A DNA stretch of 64,000 nucleotides from Thermoanaerobaculia bacterium (GTDB lineage: Bacteria > Acidobacteriota > Thermoanaerobaculia > Multivoradales > Multivoraceae): contig OY761158.1 in the NCBI GenBank assembly GCA_963664405.1, positions 1,248,001 to 1,312,000 of the forward strand, in the 5' to 3' direction. Under the pieces are notes generated by a model that was not told the DNA's origin, ran no database searches, and was given only the letters and a program-made list of their open reading frames with translations. This document shows, one piece after another, positions 46,718-57,751 of this stretch. A program made the position numbers and the translations under genes. How positions within the stretch are numbered: position 1 is the first letter of the stretch; every line of letters begins with the position of its first letter.

Positions 46718-48118
46718 CAGGAGACCTGGGACCACTCGACATCGCTTTTTTGCACCGGTGATCTGGACCAGGACGGGTTGGTGGACAACACCTGCACGTA
46801 CGAGGAGCTCCTTCAGTTCCGAGCCGAAACACAGATCCACGGGCCCATGCACGACCAGTCGTGTCTCGACTACCACGCGGGCGAAGAGTGGCGCTGTCTC
46901 AGCCAGCCCCATGTGCTCGAGAACCACGTCACGACGCCCTTTTTCGTGCGCACGGATCTGCAAGATAGGGCGCTCTACTCCGTTCAGGAGGCAATCAACT
47001 ACGGCGATCCGCCGGGGAATCCGCTGACCGCGAGCATCTGGGGCCAAATCATGCACGACCAGCTCACGGCCCTCGCCACCATTGATGCCACCGCCGAGGA
47101 GGGAACCGGCAATCTGGGCCCCGGCATCGTCGAGCCAGGGGTCTTCGGCCCGCAGTGCGAGCATCACAGCGCTCTCTTCGACACCTACCGCTCACATGAA
47201 GTCCTGGCGCCGTCGACCGCCGGCGACCTCAGTTTCAACCAGACCCTGTGGAACTGGTATACGGGCCAGGATCCGCAAACGGCAATAGTCCCCTTCGACG
47301 GGGCCGGGGTCCGCTACGAGCTGTGCCCCTGCAACCCGGACGTCGACACCGCCTGTCTCTTCGACGGCGCTTTCAAGGTCGAAGGAGAGATGATGAACTT
47401 CGCCAACCCGCCGGAGGGGTTCAAAACCGTGGTCATGAGCTTTCCAGGGGGCAGAGCCGAGTCCGACAAGGCGGTGTTCTTCGAATCCTTCACGGCCGGC
47501 AATTTCGAAGTCGGTGTCAAGATGGTCGATGCTTGCACTCTCCCCAGCGGACATCCCCTCCGATTCTACTGGGCGTTCTTGGGCGGCCTCACCAACGCCG
47601 GCACCGAGATGCGCATTACCGACACCGTAACCGACCAGGTCTATACCTGGTCCAACCCCTCTGGATCCTTCCCGCTTACCGAGGGAGACACTTCGGCCTT
47701 TCCATGTGTCGAAGGGATCCCCTCCGTGCCGTGCGTCGCCGGCGATGGGATCGCGTGTCTCCTCGGTGGACGCTTCCAGGTGGAAGGTGAGATGACCAAC
47801 TTCGCCAATCCCCCGCAGATCTTTCCCACGAGGGTGATGAACTTCCCCGAAGACCGGGCCGAATCGGAGCAGGCGGTCTTCTTCGAATCCTTCGACCCCG
47901 GAAATTTCGAAGTCGGGGTCAAAATGGTGAACGGCTGCGGTTTTCCCAAGGGACATCCCCTGCATTTCTGGTGGGTCTTCTACGGGGGCCTGACGAACGC
48001 CGAGACCTACATGAAGGTGACCCAGCTAGAAACCGGCCTGTTCGATGAGTGGCTCAACCCCGCGGGGACCTTCCCGCGGTCGGAGGGGCGGACCCAGGTA
48101 TTCCCCTGCGTTGAGTAG
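46718..48118 (+). pseudogene. 3' half of the split pectinacetylesterase-like gene, with two tandem ~130-aa C-terminal repeats
   Basis: TPFFVR.DLQD, GVFGPQCEHH; ACL..F.VEGEM.NFANPP..FPCVE twice. Confidence 0.75.
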
Positions 48119-48140
48119 CAGGGGAGGGGTGATCGCGCCC

Positions 48141-49045
48141 TCAGTTCTCGAACCCGATCGGGGCGATGTTGCAGATCGAGTAGGTCACCGGCGGCCGACG
48201 ACCCCATAGCGGTTCGGCCGTGATCGAGCGCCGGTCTTTGATCTCCGCTTCGAGCGACGCTACCGCTTCCGGCCGGTCGGCGGCAAGATTGTTCTGCTCG
48301 CGCACATCGGTAGAGAGGTCATAGAGAAAACCACGGGGCTCATCTTGATTGGGCTTGATCAGCTTCATATCGCCCTGGCGAACGGCGACGGTCGGGTAGT
48401 TACGCCATACGAAACGGTCGTGCTGTACTGAACCACCCGCGAATAGCGGCAGGAGATTGTGACCGTCGAGGGCCAGGTCGGCCGGCACAGGCCGCCCTGC
48501 CGCCACGATCGCAGTCGGTAGGATGTCGAGGGTCGACACCGGGGTGTCGATCCGGGTGCCCGCGGCAATGGCTTTCGGCCAACGCATCAAATAGGGCACT
48601 CGTACCCCTCCCTCATAATAGGTGAGCTTGCCGCCCGAGAGCGGCTCGCAGGAGCACAATCCCGAGAAATAGCCCGCACATCCGTTGTCGCCGAGAAAGA
48701 CGACGAGCGTGTTCTCCGCCAGACCGTTGCGCTCGAGGGCGTCGAGGATGCGGCCGACCGCATCGTCGAGGGCGGAGATCATCCCGAAGTAGATGCGGTG
48801 GAGCTCGTTCTCCACGTCGGGGAAGCGGTCATAGTACTTCTGGTGACCTGGAACGGCGAGTGCGGGGCATTGAAAGCGGAGTAGAGAAAGAAAGGGTCGT
48901 CTTTGTGCCGATCGATGAAGTCGACCGATTTCTCGCCGAAGACGTCGGTGATGTACTCCGCCACTTCGTGGATCGTCATCTCGGGCCCTTCCACAATCTG
49001 ATTGCCTCTTGATCGGTTCGGCGGTGACAACGGCTCTGCGCCAGC
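48141..49045 (-). pseudogene. Sulfatase 3' fragment, paralog of 52815..54332
   Basis: 1-bp deletion at ~48842 relative to the paralog; 5' part missing. Confidence 0.88.
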
Positions 49046-49170
49046 CGGTCGTCAGTTTTTTCGGGTGGCAGCTCGGGTTGGAGCCAGAGGACATGCAGAG
49101 AGGGCGGCGCTCAACCTATGCAAAGCTTCGGGAAACTCGAAACCCTAGACATGAAAGGAAGACCGTTGCC

Positions 49171-50010
49171 ATGAATTCAACCCGACAAGTCGCAGTGGTG
49201 ATTGGGGCCACATCCAAGTGGCAAGCTGACGGCCGTAATACCAAGCTTGCACACGGCCGGGCGCTGGAAGACGGTGACCTGCCGGTGACCGCGCGCTGGG
49301 GTATCGGCGGTGCGGTGGCGCAGAAGTTTGCCAAGGAAGGCTTTTCGATGGTGCTCACTACGCGGAGATCCTCCAACGCGAAAGCGCTGCAGGATGCAAT
49401 ACGAGAGCAAGATGGCGATTGCATCACTGTTGAGCTAGACCTGGTGTCCGAGGAGTCGATCTCGCAGGCGTTCGCCAAGATCCGCAGTGAAGTGGGCGAT
49501 CCGGACGTGCTGGTCTACAACGCCGGCTATCTGGAAGGGCGGGACCTGCCCCCGGAAAAGGAGCTGCTCGAGCACATTCCGGTCGAAATGTTCGATACGG
49601 CGCAGCACATCTCCAGTCGTGGACCCTTCCTGGTTGCGAGGGAGGTTCTACCAGCCATGCGCACGAAGGGCGCCGGCTCGTTTTTGATTACCAATAACGC
49701 CGCCGGGCTGCGCGGTCGGAAGAGAAGGACCGGTCAGTCGCTGTACTACCCGAGAGTGATGATGCGCACCCTCGCGCAAGTGCTCACCGAAGAATATTCC
49801 GAGCATGGAGTGCACGTCGCCAATGTGATCATCGACGGACTGATCGACTCCCCAGGAACACGCGCGCTGCCCCAGGCCCAGCAGCGACCGGAGATCATCA
49901 TGGACCCCGCCAAAATCGCGGAGGCCTATTACTACCTACACACCCAAGACAGGTCTTGCTGGACCCACGAGCTGCAATTGACCCCGTTCTCGACCAAGCC
50001 GAGTTTCTAG
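49171..50010 (+). CDS. SDR family oxidoreductase
   Basis: WGIGGAVA, LVYNAG, GVHVANVIIDG. Confidence 0.88.
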   Translation: MNSTRQVAVVIGATSKWQADGRNTKLAHGRALEDGDLPVTARWGIGGAVAQKFAKEGFSMVLTTRRSSNAKALQDAIREQDGDCITVELDLVSEESISQAFAKIRSEVGDPDVLVYNAGYLEGRDLPPEKELLEHIPVEMFDTAQHISSRGPFLVAREVLPAMRTKGAGSFLITNNAAGLRGRKRRTGQSLYYPRVMMRTLAQVLTEEYSEHGVHVANVIIDGLIDSPGTRALPQAQQRPEIIMDPAKIAEAYYYLHTQDRSCWTHELQLTPFSTKPSF

Positions 50011-50186
50011 CTGGGAGACCTGAGCGTCTAGATAGGCCTCCACGTAGCTCAGCGCTCCCTCTCGCTTGTTTTCTGCGGTCGCAGACGGACCGATGCTACC
50101 CTGATCGCCCGTGAGGTGAATTCTCGCGGCGGCGCTCTTCTGAACCGGCCTCGCCGACGTCACCGTGCAAGCAATCCGGTACATAG

Positions 50187-50957
50187 ATGAAACTTGCTAC
50201 CTGCTTCTGTGAGTTCGGGTATTTGAATTTCTTCGTGCTGCCGGCTTTGAATCTCTACTTCGCCGCGCATAAAGAAGTACTCCGGCTCGTCACCTATCCG
50301 GACTATTTCGCGCTGCTACAGCATCTGTTCGGCGATCGCGTCGAGGCGGCGGAGCTCCTGGAACAGGACCCCCTGCGAAGCGGCTACACCAGCAGGCTGT
50401 ATGACGAGCGGTACACTGAAATGCAGAAGATCAACGTGCTTCTCGAAAACTATCTGTCGTCTCTGGAAGAGAGACCGGATCTGCACAGAGTACGGCAGCA
50501 GACCCCATTTTTCTCGCCGGCAGAAGCCACGCGTGACGTGGACAAGCGTGTTCAGGACCTGGGGATCGACGAAATCGTTGTCTTCTACCTGCGCAATCGC
50601 ACCAACACTCACCTCAGAAACTACCAGCACGACATCGACTGGCCTAAATTCCGCCGCAAGGGGCGACTCCTGGTATTTATTGGTGATACCGACGAATCGC
50701 TTGTTCCGTTTCCGGATTCTCCCACTATCTGCAGAACGCAGAATCTATTCGAAAATATGGCATTTTTCCGTCCCTGCGCTCTGTTCGTCAGTAACGACTC
50801 GGGCATTATCGATTTTGCGAAAAACTGTGGGTGCCGAGAGGTGCATATTCTTCCCTCGGAACAGGAGATCAACCCGGCCAACTTCCGGCCTTTCGGATGG
50901 TGCCACACGCAAGAGATCAAACCCGACTTCCTTCTTCCCAGAGAGATCGCGGAATGA
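50187..50957 (+). CDS. Glycosyltransferase family 9-like protein
   Basis: CALFVSNDSG..AKNCG motif. Confidence 0.5.
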   Translation: MKLATCFCEFGYLNFFVLPALNLYFAAHKEVLRLVTYPDYFALLQHLFGDRVEAAELLEQDPLRSGYTSRLYDERYTEMQKINVLLENYLSSLEERPDLHRVRQQTPFFSPAEATRDVDKRVQDLGIDEIVVFYLRNRTNTHLRNYQHDIDWPKFRRKGRLLVFIGDTDESLVPFPDSPTICRTQNLFENMAFFRPCALFVSNDSGIIDFAKNCGCREVHILPSEQEINPANFRPFGWCHTQEIKPDFLLPREIAE

Positions 50958-51337
50958 GGGTCGAGGTATCCAACGGCGAGCTCGTCGACAAGGTCGCTGT
51001 GCTCGAGGTCAAGCTCAGACACATTCTGAACCCCGAAAAGAGAAAGAACCTGGATTTCGAATACAGGAACCTTCGGAGTGCAATGGAAGAGCTGGGATCA
51101 GAAGTGGACGGGGACATCTTCCAACGGCTGATCGACGTTCACGAGAAAAACTGGCACCTCATGGAGCGATGGAATGAACTTGACCAGGAAGGTCGGTTTG
51201 ACGACGAATATGTCGAAGTGACGAGGGCGTCGAACGAATGCAACCGGGAGCGGTTCCGGCTCAAGGTCGTCCTCAACAAGCTCTCGGGCATCGTCGAGGA
51301 GAAGTCCGAGATCTATGGCGACTACACACCGCGCTGA
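50954..51337 (+). CDS. DUF6165-like protein
   Basis: VEVSNGELVDK..LEVK..N.ERFRLK..SGIVEEK; ATGA coupling to the upstream gene. Confidence 0.7.
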   Translation: MRVEVSNGELVDKVAVLEVKLRHILNPEKRKNLDFEYRNLRSAMEELGSEVDGDIFQRLIDVHEKNWHLMERWNELDQEGRFDDEYVEVTRASNECNRERFRLKVVLNKLSGIVEEKSEIYGDYTPR

Positions 51338-51433
51338 GGATCCGCGAACCGATCGCAGCCGCCGCGAAGAGGGTGACACTATTCGAAGCTGGCGAGACCG
51401 GTAGAATCCGGCCCGAAAGCAGGAGAACCAACA

Positions 51434-51841
51434 ATGACGACAAACGGCTACTCAACTCTCGTGCTCGCGATGAGCCTCGCCGCCTGCGCGCCAGGACCCG
51501 AAGCTGGAGACGAGCCCAAAGAGGCGGAGAGACTTTCGGGGCCGGAGCTCGACGGCACGCTTTCCAATACGGACGTGCTTCTGCTCGATGTGCGGGAGGC
51601 CCACGAGCTCCAGGACCTCGGCACTGTCGAAGGCCATCTGCATATCCCCATCGATCAACTCCCGGATCGGCTCGGCGAGCTGCCTCGAGACAAACCCATC
51701 CTCACCGCCTGAAACGGCGGTGGACGAGCCGCGCGTGCCGCGGCCTTGCTGTTGGAGAACGGATTCGAGGTGGCCGGGTTCTGCGGCCTCAGAGACTACG
51801 AAGGTCCCAGAATCTATCCGCCGGCTGGCGAAGAGCCCTGA
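51434..51841 (+). CDS. Lipoprotein rhodanese, probable selenoprotein (TGA 51710-51712), 135 aa
   Basis: Same features as 350..760; synonymous divergence after the TGA. Confidence 0.85.
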
Positions 51842-51848
51842 GGCGATG

Positions 51849-52790
51849 CTACCGACCCGAAGTGAGGCCTAGCTCGAGGTCGAAAAAATCCTTCACTCTG
51901 TGGAGCAGTCCGATCGAGCCGAACTCACCTCCTTTGCCGTGGCCACCGCCCTCGACCGTGTAGAAGGTGTGCTCGACTCCGCCCTGGGTCAGCGCCGCAT
52001 CCAGCAGCTCGCTCTGGTTGTAAGGCACGACAGGGTCTTGGTCGCCGTGGACGATGAGAAACGGCGGATCGTCTGCGGTGACGTAGGTGATCGGATCGGC
52101 TCTGCGTACGAGATCCGGGTGATCTTGAATCGGCCCACCGATCAGCAGCGACTCCGGTGACTGCGGGTCGTCGTGAACCAACCGACTCCCTGCCGCATCC
52201 ATCTTGGTGAGAGTGGTCGGGCCGAAAAAATCGGCAACCGCCTGAACCCGGCTCGACTGATCCGGATGCCCGAGGCTCCCCTCCAACTCCTCGACTCCGC
52301 CACTGGTACCGAGAAGGGCCACCAGGTGGCCCCCGGCGGAGGGACCCCAAACGCCAATTCTGGAGGGGTCGAGATCGTACTTCTCGGCGTGGGCACGCAG
52401 CCAGCGGATCGCCGCTTTGCAATCGTGGATCTGCGCCGGAAAGGTCGCCACCCCACTCAACCGATAGCTGATGCTCGCAGACGCATAGCCGTCGGCAACC
52501 AGGGCGGCGGCAGGGTTGGCATCTCTGCTCCCATTTCGCCACCCGCCGCCGTGGATCCACACGATCAAAGGCAGCGGTTTCTCGGGCCTCTTCTCCGGGA
52601 GGTAGAGGTCGAGCTCGAGATCCTGCTCGGGGGTCTTGGCGTAGACGAGGTTCCTGAGGACGCGGGACCCAGCCGGAGCTTGGCCTTGCCGCCAGTTGGG
52701 TTGTTCAGCCGCGCCGGCCGCCGGCTGCTGCGCGGATACAGCGGGGCCGATCAACCAGACTGTAAGCAACAGGATCTTGATCATGCGCAC
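51849..52790 (-). CDS. Secreted alpha/beta hydrolase (esterase)
   Basis: HGGGW, GPSAGG, HGDQD, GGGH. Confidence 0.93.
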   Translation of the reverse strand: MRMIKILLLTVWLIGPAVSAQQPAAGAAEQPNWRQGQAPAGSRVLRNLVYAKTPEQDLELDLYLPEKRPEKPLPLIVWIHGGGWRNGSRDANPAAALVADGYASASISYRLSGVATFPAQIHDCKAAIRWLRAHAEKYDLDPSRIGVWGPSAGGHLVALLGTSGGVEELEGSLGHPDQSSRVQAVADFFGPTTLTKMDAAGSRLVHDDPQSPESLLIGGPIQDHPDLVRRADPITYVTADDPPFLIVHGDQDPVVPYNQSELLDAALTQGGVEHTFYTVEGGGHGKGGEFGSIGLLHRVKDFFDLELGLTSGR

Positions 52791-52814
52791 TCTTCCGCCT
52801 CGATGATCGCGGGA

Positions 52815-54332
52815 TCAGTTTTCGAACCCGATCGGCTCGATGTTGCAGATCGAATAGGTCACCGGCGGTCGACGACCCCATAGCGGTTCTATCGTGATCG
52901 AGCGCCAGTCTTCAATCTCCGCTTCGAGCGACGACACCACTTCGGGGTGATCTCCGGCGACGTTGTGCTGCTCACGCACATCGGTAGAAAGATCGTAGAG
53001 GAAGCCGAGGGGCTCGTCCTGATTGGGCTTGATGAGCTTCATATCGCCCTGACGCACGGCTACCGTCGGGTAGTTGCGCCATACGAAGCGGTCGCGCTGG
53101 ACTGAACCGCCCTCGAATAGCGGCAGCAGATTATGGCCGTCGAGGGTAAGGTCGGCCGGCGTGGTGCCCCCCGCCGCCGCGATCGCAGTCGGCAAGATGT
53201 CGAGACTCGACACCGGAGTATCGATCCGGGTGCCCGCTGCAATGGCTTGGGGCCAACGCATCAAATAAGGCACTCGTACCCCTCCCTCGTAGTAAGTGAG
53301 CTTGCCGCCCGAAAGCGGCTCGCAGGAACACAATCCCGGGAAATAGCCCGCACATCCGTTGTCGCCGAGAAAGACGACGAGCGTGTTCTCGGCCAGACCG
53401 TTCTGCTCGAGAGCGTCGAGGATGCGGCCGACCGCGTCGTCGAGGGCGGAGATCATCCCGAAGTAAATGCGATGGAGCTCGTTTTCCAAGTCGGGGAAAC
53501 GGTCGTAGTACTTCTGGGTGACCTGGAAGGGCGAGTGCGGGGCATTGAAAGCGGAGTAGAGAAAGAAAGGCTCGTCACTGTGTCGATTGATGAAGTCGAC
53601 CGATTTGTCACCGAAGACGTCGGTGATGTACTCCGCTACTTCATGCACCGTCTTCTCTGTCCCCTCCACAATCTGGTTGCCTCGCGTCCGGTTCGGCGGT
53701 GACAGGGGCTCTGCGCCGCGCACGAGCAGGTCGGTGCGCGGATCTTCCGGCGAGCGAGAGCGGAACTCGTCGTTCGTCGGCATCGAAAGGACGCCTTCCG
53801 AGAGCACATTGACGAAGGTCGTGGCGCCCGACAGATGACCGTAGAACTCGTCAAAGCCACGATTCGTCGGATAGTGCTCGTCCTTGAAGCCCAGATGCCA
53901 CTTGCCGACGGCGCCGGTGGCGTAGCCGGCGCGCTTCAGATGGTCCGCAAAGGTCAGCTCACCGGCGATGAGACCAACATCCGGCACCTCGGGTGAGAAG
54001 CGGGCGTTGTACTCGAAGCCGTAGCGCTGCTGGTAACGGCCGGTCATGAGAGCCGCACGCGAAGGGGAGCAGACCGGCGTTGTCACATAGCCTTGCTCGA
54101 AGATCGCACCTTCTTTACCGATGCGATCGATATTCGGTGTCGACACGCGATCTCCATAAGTCGAGATATCGGCATAGCCGAGATCGTCCGCGAGGATGAC
54201 GATGATGTTTGGTTGACGGGCCGCCTCGGGAGCCTGCGGGCTCTCCGGGCTCACCGCCCCATCATCGTCGCCGCAAGCGGTGAACAACAGGCCGATCAAA
54301 AGCAGAAAGCCGAGTACCCGTCTTCGCCTCAT
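52815..54332 (-). CDS. Lipoprotein sulfatase
   Basis: LFTAC, ADDLG, CSPSR, GKWHLG. Confidence 0.94.
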   Translation of the reverse strand: MRRRRVLGFLLLIGLLFTACGDDDGAVSPESPQAPEAARQPNIIVILADDLGYADISTYGDRVSTPNIDRIGKEGAIFEQGYVTTPVCSPSRAALMTGRYQQRYGFEYNARFSPEVPDVGLIAGELTFADHLKRAGYATGAVGKWHLGFKDEHYPTNRGFDEFYGHLSGATTFVNVLSEGVLSMPTNDEFRSRSPEDPRTDLLVRGAEPLSPPNRTRGNQIVEGTEKTVHEVAEYITDVFGDKSVDFINRHSDEPFFLYSAFNAPHSPFQVTQKYYDRFPDLENELHRIYFGMISALDDAVGRILDALEQNGLAENTLVVFLGDNGCAGYFPGLCSCEPLSGGKLTYYEGGVRVPYLMRWPQAIAAGTRIDTPVSSLDILPTAIAAAGGTTPADLTLDGHNLLPLFEGGSVQRDRFVWRNYPTVAVRQGDMKLIKPNQDEPLGFLYDLSTDVREQHNVAGDHPEVVSSLEAEIEDWRSITIEPLWGRRPPVTYSICNIEPIGFEN

Positions 54333-54418
54333 ATCAACCTCCGGGAGTGCCTCGCAGTATGGCTCGGCTTGTGGTCCGTTGTAGCAGGAGATCCTACTCT
54401 ACCGCCCGCAAAGACCCA

Positions 54419-54760
54419 CTAGGGATCTCCATCCAACTCTCGGAGCCACAAGTAGCAGACTAAGGGCAATCCGAGCACTGCTGCGGAAAGGACGACCTTC
54501 AGTGCCACCATCAGCGGCAACACCTGAGCCAGGCCGAGGACCAAGGTGGGCATCAGACGGTGAACGAGGAGTGGATTGGCGAGATAGACGTCTCGATAAC
54601 CGAAGTCCGGGTTGTCCCACCGCTGGCAAATCGAGAGCTGCACCATGTGTTGTGGCAAGTCGACCATGGGTAGATAGGGGCCGACCCACAGCGGCGCTAC
54701 GCTGAGCAGGCAGAGCAAGCCCAGGAGCGATGTAAAGAGCTTGCGCTCTTTAGGAGTCGT
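54419..54760 (-). pseudogene. Membrane protein N-terminal fragment
   Basis: PLWVGPYLPMVDLPQH plus TM helices, ends early. Confidence 0.45.
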
Positions 54761-54776
54761 CGTCAGCGGCGTGCCT

Positions 54777-56240
54777 TTAGAGCTCAGGAGGACGGGTCGC
54801 TCGCGCCACGTGCTTTTCGAGTAGCTCCCGCATCCGCGCCACCGTGCCCCGCTCGCTCGGGGCCAGTGCGAGGTTGTCGAACTCTTTCGGATCATTCCAG
54901 TGATCGTAGAGCTCAGCGCCGAACTGGCCCTCCGATCCCCATTGGGTGTAACGCCAACGCTCGGTGCGAATGCTATCGCCGACGGTAGGCGGGCGCCGCG
55001 GTTTGTCACGATGAACACGGTCGAGCGTGTCGAAAGTCGTCAGGGCGGTTTCACGCACGGCAGCGGTCGGATCTCGGAGGATCGGGACCAGGCTCTTGCC
55101 CATCAAGTGCCGGGGCGGCTGCAATCCACAGAGCTCCGCCAGGGTCGGGTAGAGGTCGACCAACTCCGCCACAGACTTGGAACGAAGCCCTGCCGTCCGC
55201 CGGTGACGCGGTGAGGAGATGAACAACGGCACCCGAGCCGAGTTTTCGAACAAGGTCGTCTTCTGCCAGAGTTTGTGCTCACCCATGTGATAGCCGTGAT
55301 CCGACCAGATGACGACTACGGTGTCATCCCCGAGTCCATTCCGCTCCAGGGCGTCCAGAACCCGGCCCAGCTGGGCGTCCATGAAGCTGATCGAGGCGTA
55401 GTAGGCCTGGATCGCCTGTCGCTTCTTCTCTTCGCTCAGGTAGAGCTGGTGAGGGCGGTCGACCCACGCCGCGTAGGGCAGGTCGACGAGGTCGTCGAGC
55501 GGCTCCACCGGCAAACGGACCTGGTGCAGCGGATACATCTCGAAGTACTTGCGGGGCGCGACGTAAGGCGTGTGCGGGCGGTAGAAGCCCAGGGCGATAA
55601 AGAAGGGCTCGTCTTTGTGGTCCTCTATCAGCTTGATCGCTGCGGTAGCACCGATGCCGTCCGTCTGTTCCTCGTCGGCGCCCTCCTGTGCCATCCAGCT
55701 GAGAGTGCCACCGAGGCTGCGGGCATCGGGATCGATGGTGTAGATCTGATCTTCCTCGTCTTTGTCGCGGCCTCGCGGGTTGACGGTCTCATCCCAAGAA
55801 GCAGGGTCGTCGAGACCGGCCTCGCCGATCTGGGTCGGCACGCCATAGTGATAGATCTTGCCGACCCGGGCCACGAAGTAACCGCTGTCGCGGAACATCT
55901 GCGGCAGCGTTCTGACGCTGGGAATGGTCTCGCGGAAGCTGGGCGAGTTGTTGGCGCGCACCCCGGTCTGATCTGAATAGAGACCGGTCATCAACGAAGC
56001 GCGGCTCGGATTGCAAGCCGGATAGCTGGTGTAAGCCTGGTCGAATTGGATGCCTTGTCGGGCCAGCCGGTCGATGTTCGGAGACTTGACCAGCGGATGC
56101 CCATAAGTGCCGAGGTCGTTGTTCAGGTCGTCAGAAGCGATGAAGAGAACGTTGAGCTTCTTCTCCTGGGCAGAGGCGACCTCCTGGGTCGCGGCCCAGG
56201 AGATGAGCAGCAAGACGAGAACAAGGACGGTTCTTCGCAT
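54777..56240 (-). CDS. Sulfatase (iduronate-2-sulfatase-like)
   Basis: SDDL, CNPSR, GKIYH, RPHTP, SDHG. Confidence 0.93.
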   Translation of the reverse strand: MRRTVLVLVLLLISWAATQEVASAQEKKLNVLFIASDDLNNDLGTYGHPLVKSPNIDRLARQGIQFDQAYTSYPACNPSRASLMTGLYSDQTGVRANNSPSFRETIPSVRTLPQMFRDSGYFVARVGKIYHYGVPTQIGEAGLDDPASWDETVNPRGRDKDEEDQIYTIDPDARSLGGTLSWMAQEGADEEQTDGIGATAAIKLIEDHKDEPFFIALGFYRPHTPYVAPRKYFEMYPLHQVRLPVEPLDDLVDLPYAAWVDRPHQLYLSEEKKRQAIQAYYASISFMDAQLGRVLDALERNGLGDDTVVVIWSDHGYHMGEHKLWQKTTLFENSARVPLFISSPRHRRTAGLRSKSVAELVDLYPTLAELCGLQPPRHLMGKSLVPILRDPTAAVRETALTTFDTLDRVHRDKPRRPPTVGDSIRTERWRYTQWGSEGQFGAELYDHWNDPKEFDNLALAPSERGTVARMRELLEKHVARATRPPEL

Positions 56241-56269
56241 TCCTGGCTGGAGAGACGCGGCGCCGGGAC

Positions 56270-57751
56270 TCAGGCGACGATCTGCGGAATCAGGGTGCCG
56301 TGGACATCGGTGAGTCGCATGTCGCGGCCGTTAAAGCGATAGGTGAGCTTCTTGTGGTCCATGCCCAGGAGGTGCAAGATCGTGGCGTGTAGATCATGCA
56401 CCGAGATCGGCTGCTCCTGCGCCCGATAGCCGAACTCGTCGCTGGCGCCGATCACCTGCCCGCCCTGGATCCCGGCTCCGGCCATCCACGCCGTCATCGT
56501 GCCGGGGTTGTGGTCGCGGCCAACACCTCGCTGGGAGATCGGCATGCGACCGAACTCGCCGTGCCAGAGAACGAGAGTCGAGTCGAGCAGGCCGCGAGCC
56601 TCGAGGTCGGTCAGCAGACCGGCCATGGGCAGGTCCGACTCCGCCGCATGCTGGCGGTGGTTGGGCTCGAGATTGCTGTGCGCGTCCCAGGTGTCGGTAT
56701 TCTGATTCCCCATACCGCCATGAAAAAGCTGCACGAAGCGCACTCCGCGCTCGACCAGCCGGCGCGCCATCAGGCACTGCCTGCCGAAGGGCTCGGTCAT
56801 CTTGTCGTCGAGCCCATAGAGCTTTTGCGTCGCCACCGACTCCGAAGAGGTGTCGACCGCCTCCGGAGCACACCCCTGCATACGATAAGCGAGCTCGTAG
56901 GAAGAGATGCGCGCGGCGAGCTCGGAGCTGCCGGGATACTTCTCCATGTCGAGCTCATTGAGCTTTGCCAGCGCGTTCAGACGTGCACGCTGCTCGTCGG
57001 CGGTCATGTCTTCGGGCCGCTTGAGATCGACGATCGGCTCGCCCGAGGCGCGGAAGAGAGTGCCTTGGTAGCTCGCCGGCATGAACCCCGCACTCCAGTC
57101 GTTCGGGCCGCCGAGCGGACCGCCCCGATGATCGTTCATGACCACAAAGGCCGGAAGGCTCGCACTCTCCGAGCCCAGGCCGTAGGTAACCCACGCCCCG
57201 ACACTCGGAAAGCCCATCCTCAGCGAGCCAGTCTGCATCTCGTAGGTGGCCTGAACATGGTCGTTCGAGCGTCCGTAGACCGAGCGAAGAAAGGCCATGT
57301 CGTCGACCTTGCGCGCGAGATGAGGAAAGATCTCCGAGACCTCGATGCCGCTCTCGCCGTGGCGCTTGAACTCGAAGGGGCTTGGCATCAGAGGACCGGG
57401 AAACCCCTGCCTGACGATGACGTCGCCCTCGATCTTGCCGTCGAGAGGCTCGCCGGCATACTTGGTGAGCGCCGGTTTGGGATCGAAGGTGTCGACCTGG
57501 CTGACGCCGCCGCTCATGAATAGTGAGATGACCGCCTTCGCGCGAGGGGCGAAGTGAGCCGGCTTCGGCGCGAATGGGTTGCCCACTACATCGCCCGCAC
57601 AAGGCATCGAGCCGAGCTCGGCTGCGAGCAAGCGATCGCTGCCGAGAAGATGAGCAAACGCGAGCCCCGCGATCCCGCCGCCCGACTGGAAGAGAAAGTC
57701 ACGACGAGACCAGAAGTTCTTGGCAGGCTTACCGCAAGTACAGGAACTCAT
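56270..57751 (-). CDS. DUF1501 domain protein (Tat)
   Basis: SRRDFL, GGVSQVDTFDPKP, WDAH, GEFGR, GRDH. Confidence 0.93.
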   Translation of the reverse strand: MSSCTCGKPAKNFWSRRDFLFQSGGGIAGLAFAHLLGSDRLLAAELGSMPCAGDVVGNPFAPKPAHFAPRAKAVISLFMSGGVSQVDTFDPKPALTKYAGEPLDGKIEGDVIVRQGFPGPLMPSPFEFKRHGESGIEVSEIFPHLARKVDDMAFLRSVYGRSNDHVQATYEMQTGSLRMGFPSVGAWVTYGLGSESASLPAFVVMNDHRGGPLGGPNDWSAGFMPASYQGTLFRASGEPIVDLKRPEDMTADEQRARLNALAKLNELDMEKYPGSSELAARISSYELAYRMQGCAPEAVDTSSESVATQKLYGLDDKMTEPFGRQCLMARRLVERGVRFVQLFHGGMGNQNTDTWDAHSNLEPNHRQHAAESDLPMAGLLTDLEARGLLDSTLVLWHGEFGRMPISQRGVGRDHNPGTMTAWMAGAGIQGGQVIGASDEFGYRAQEQPISVHDLHATILHLLGMDHKKLTYRFNGRDMRLTDVHGTLIPQIVA

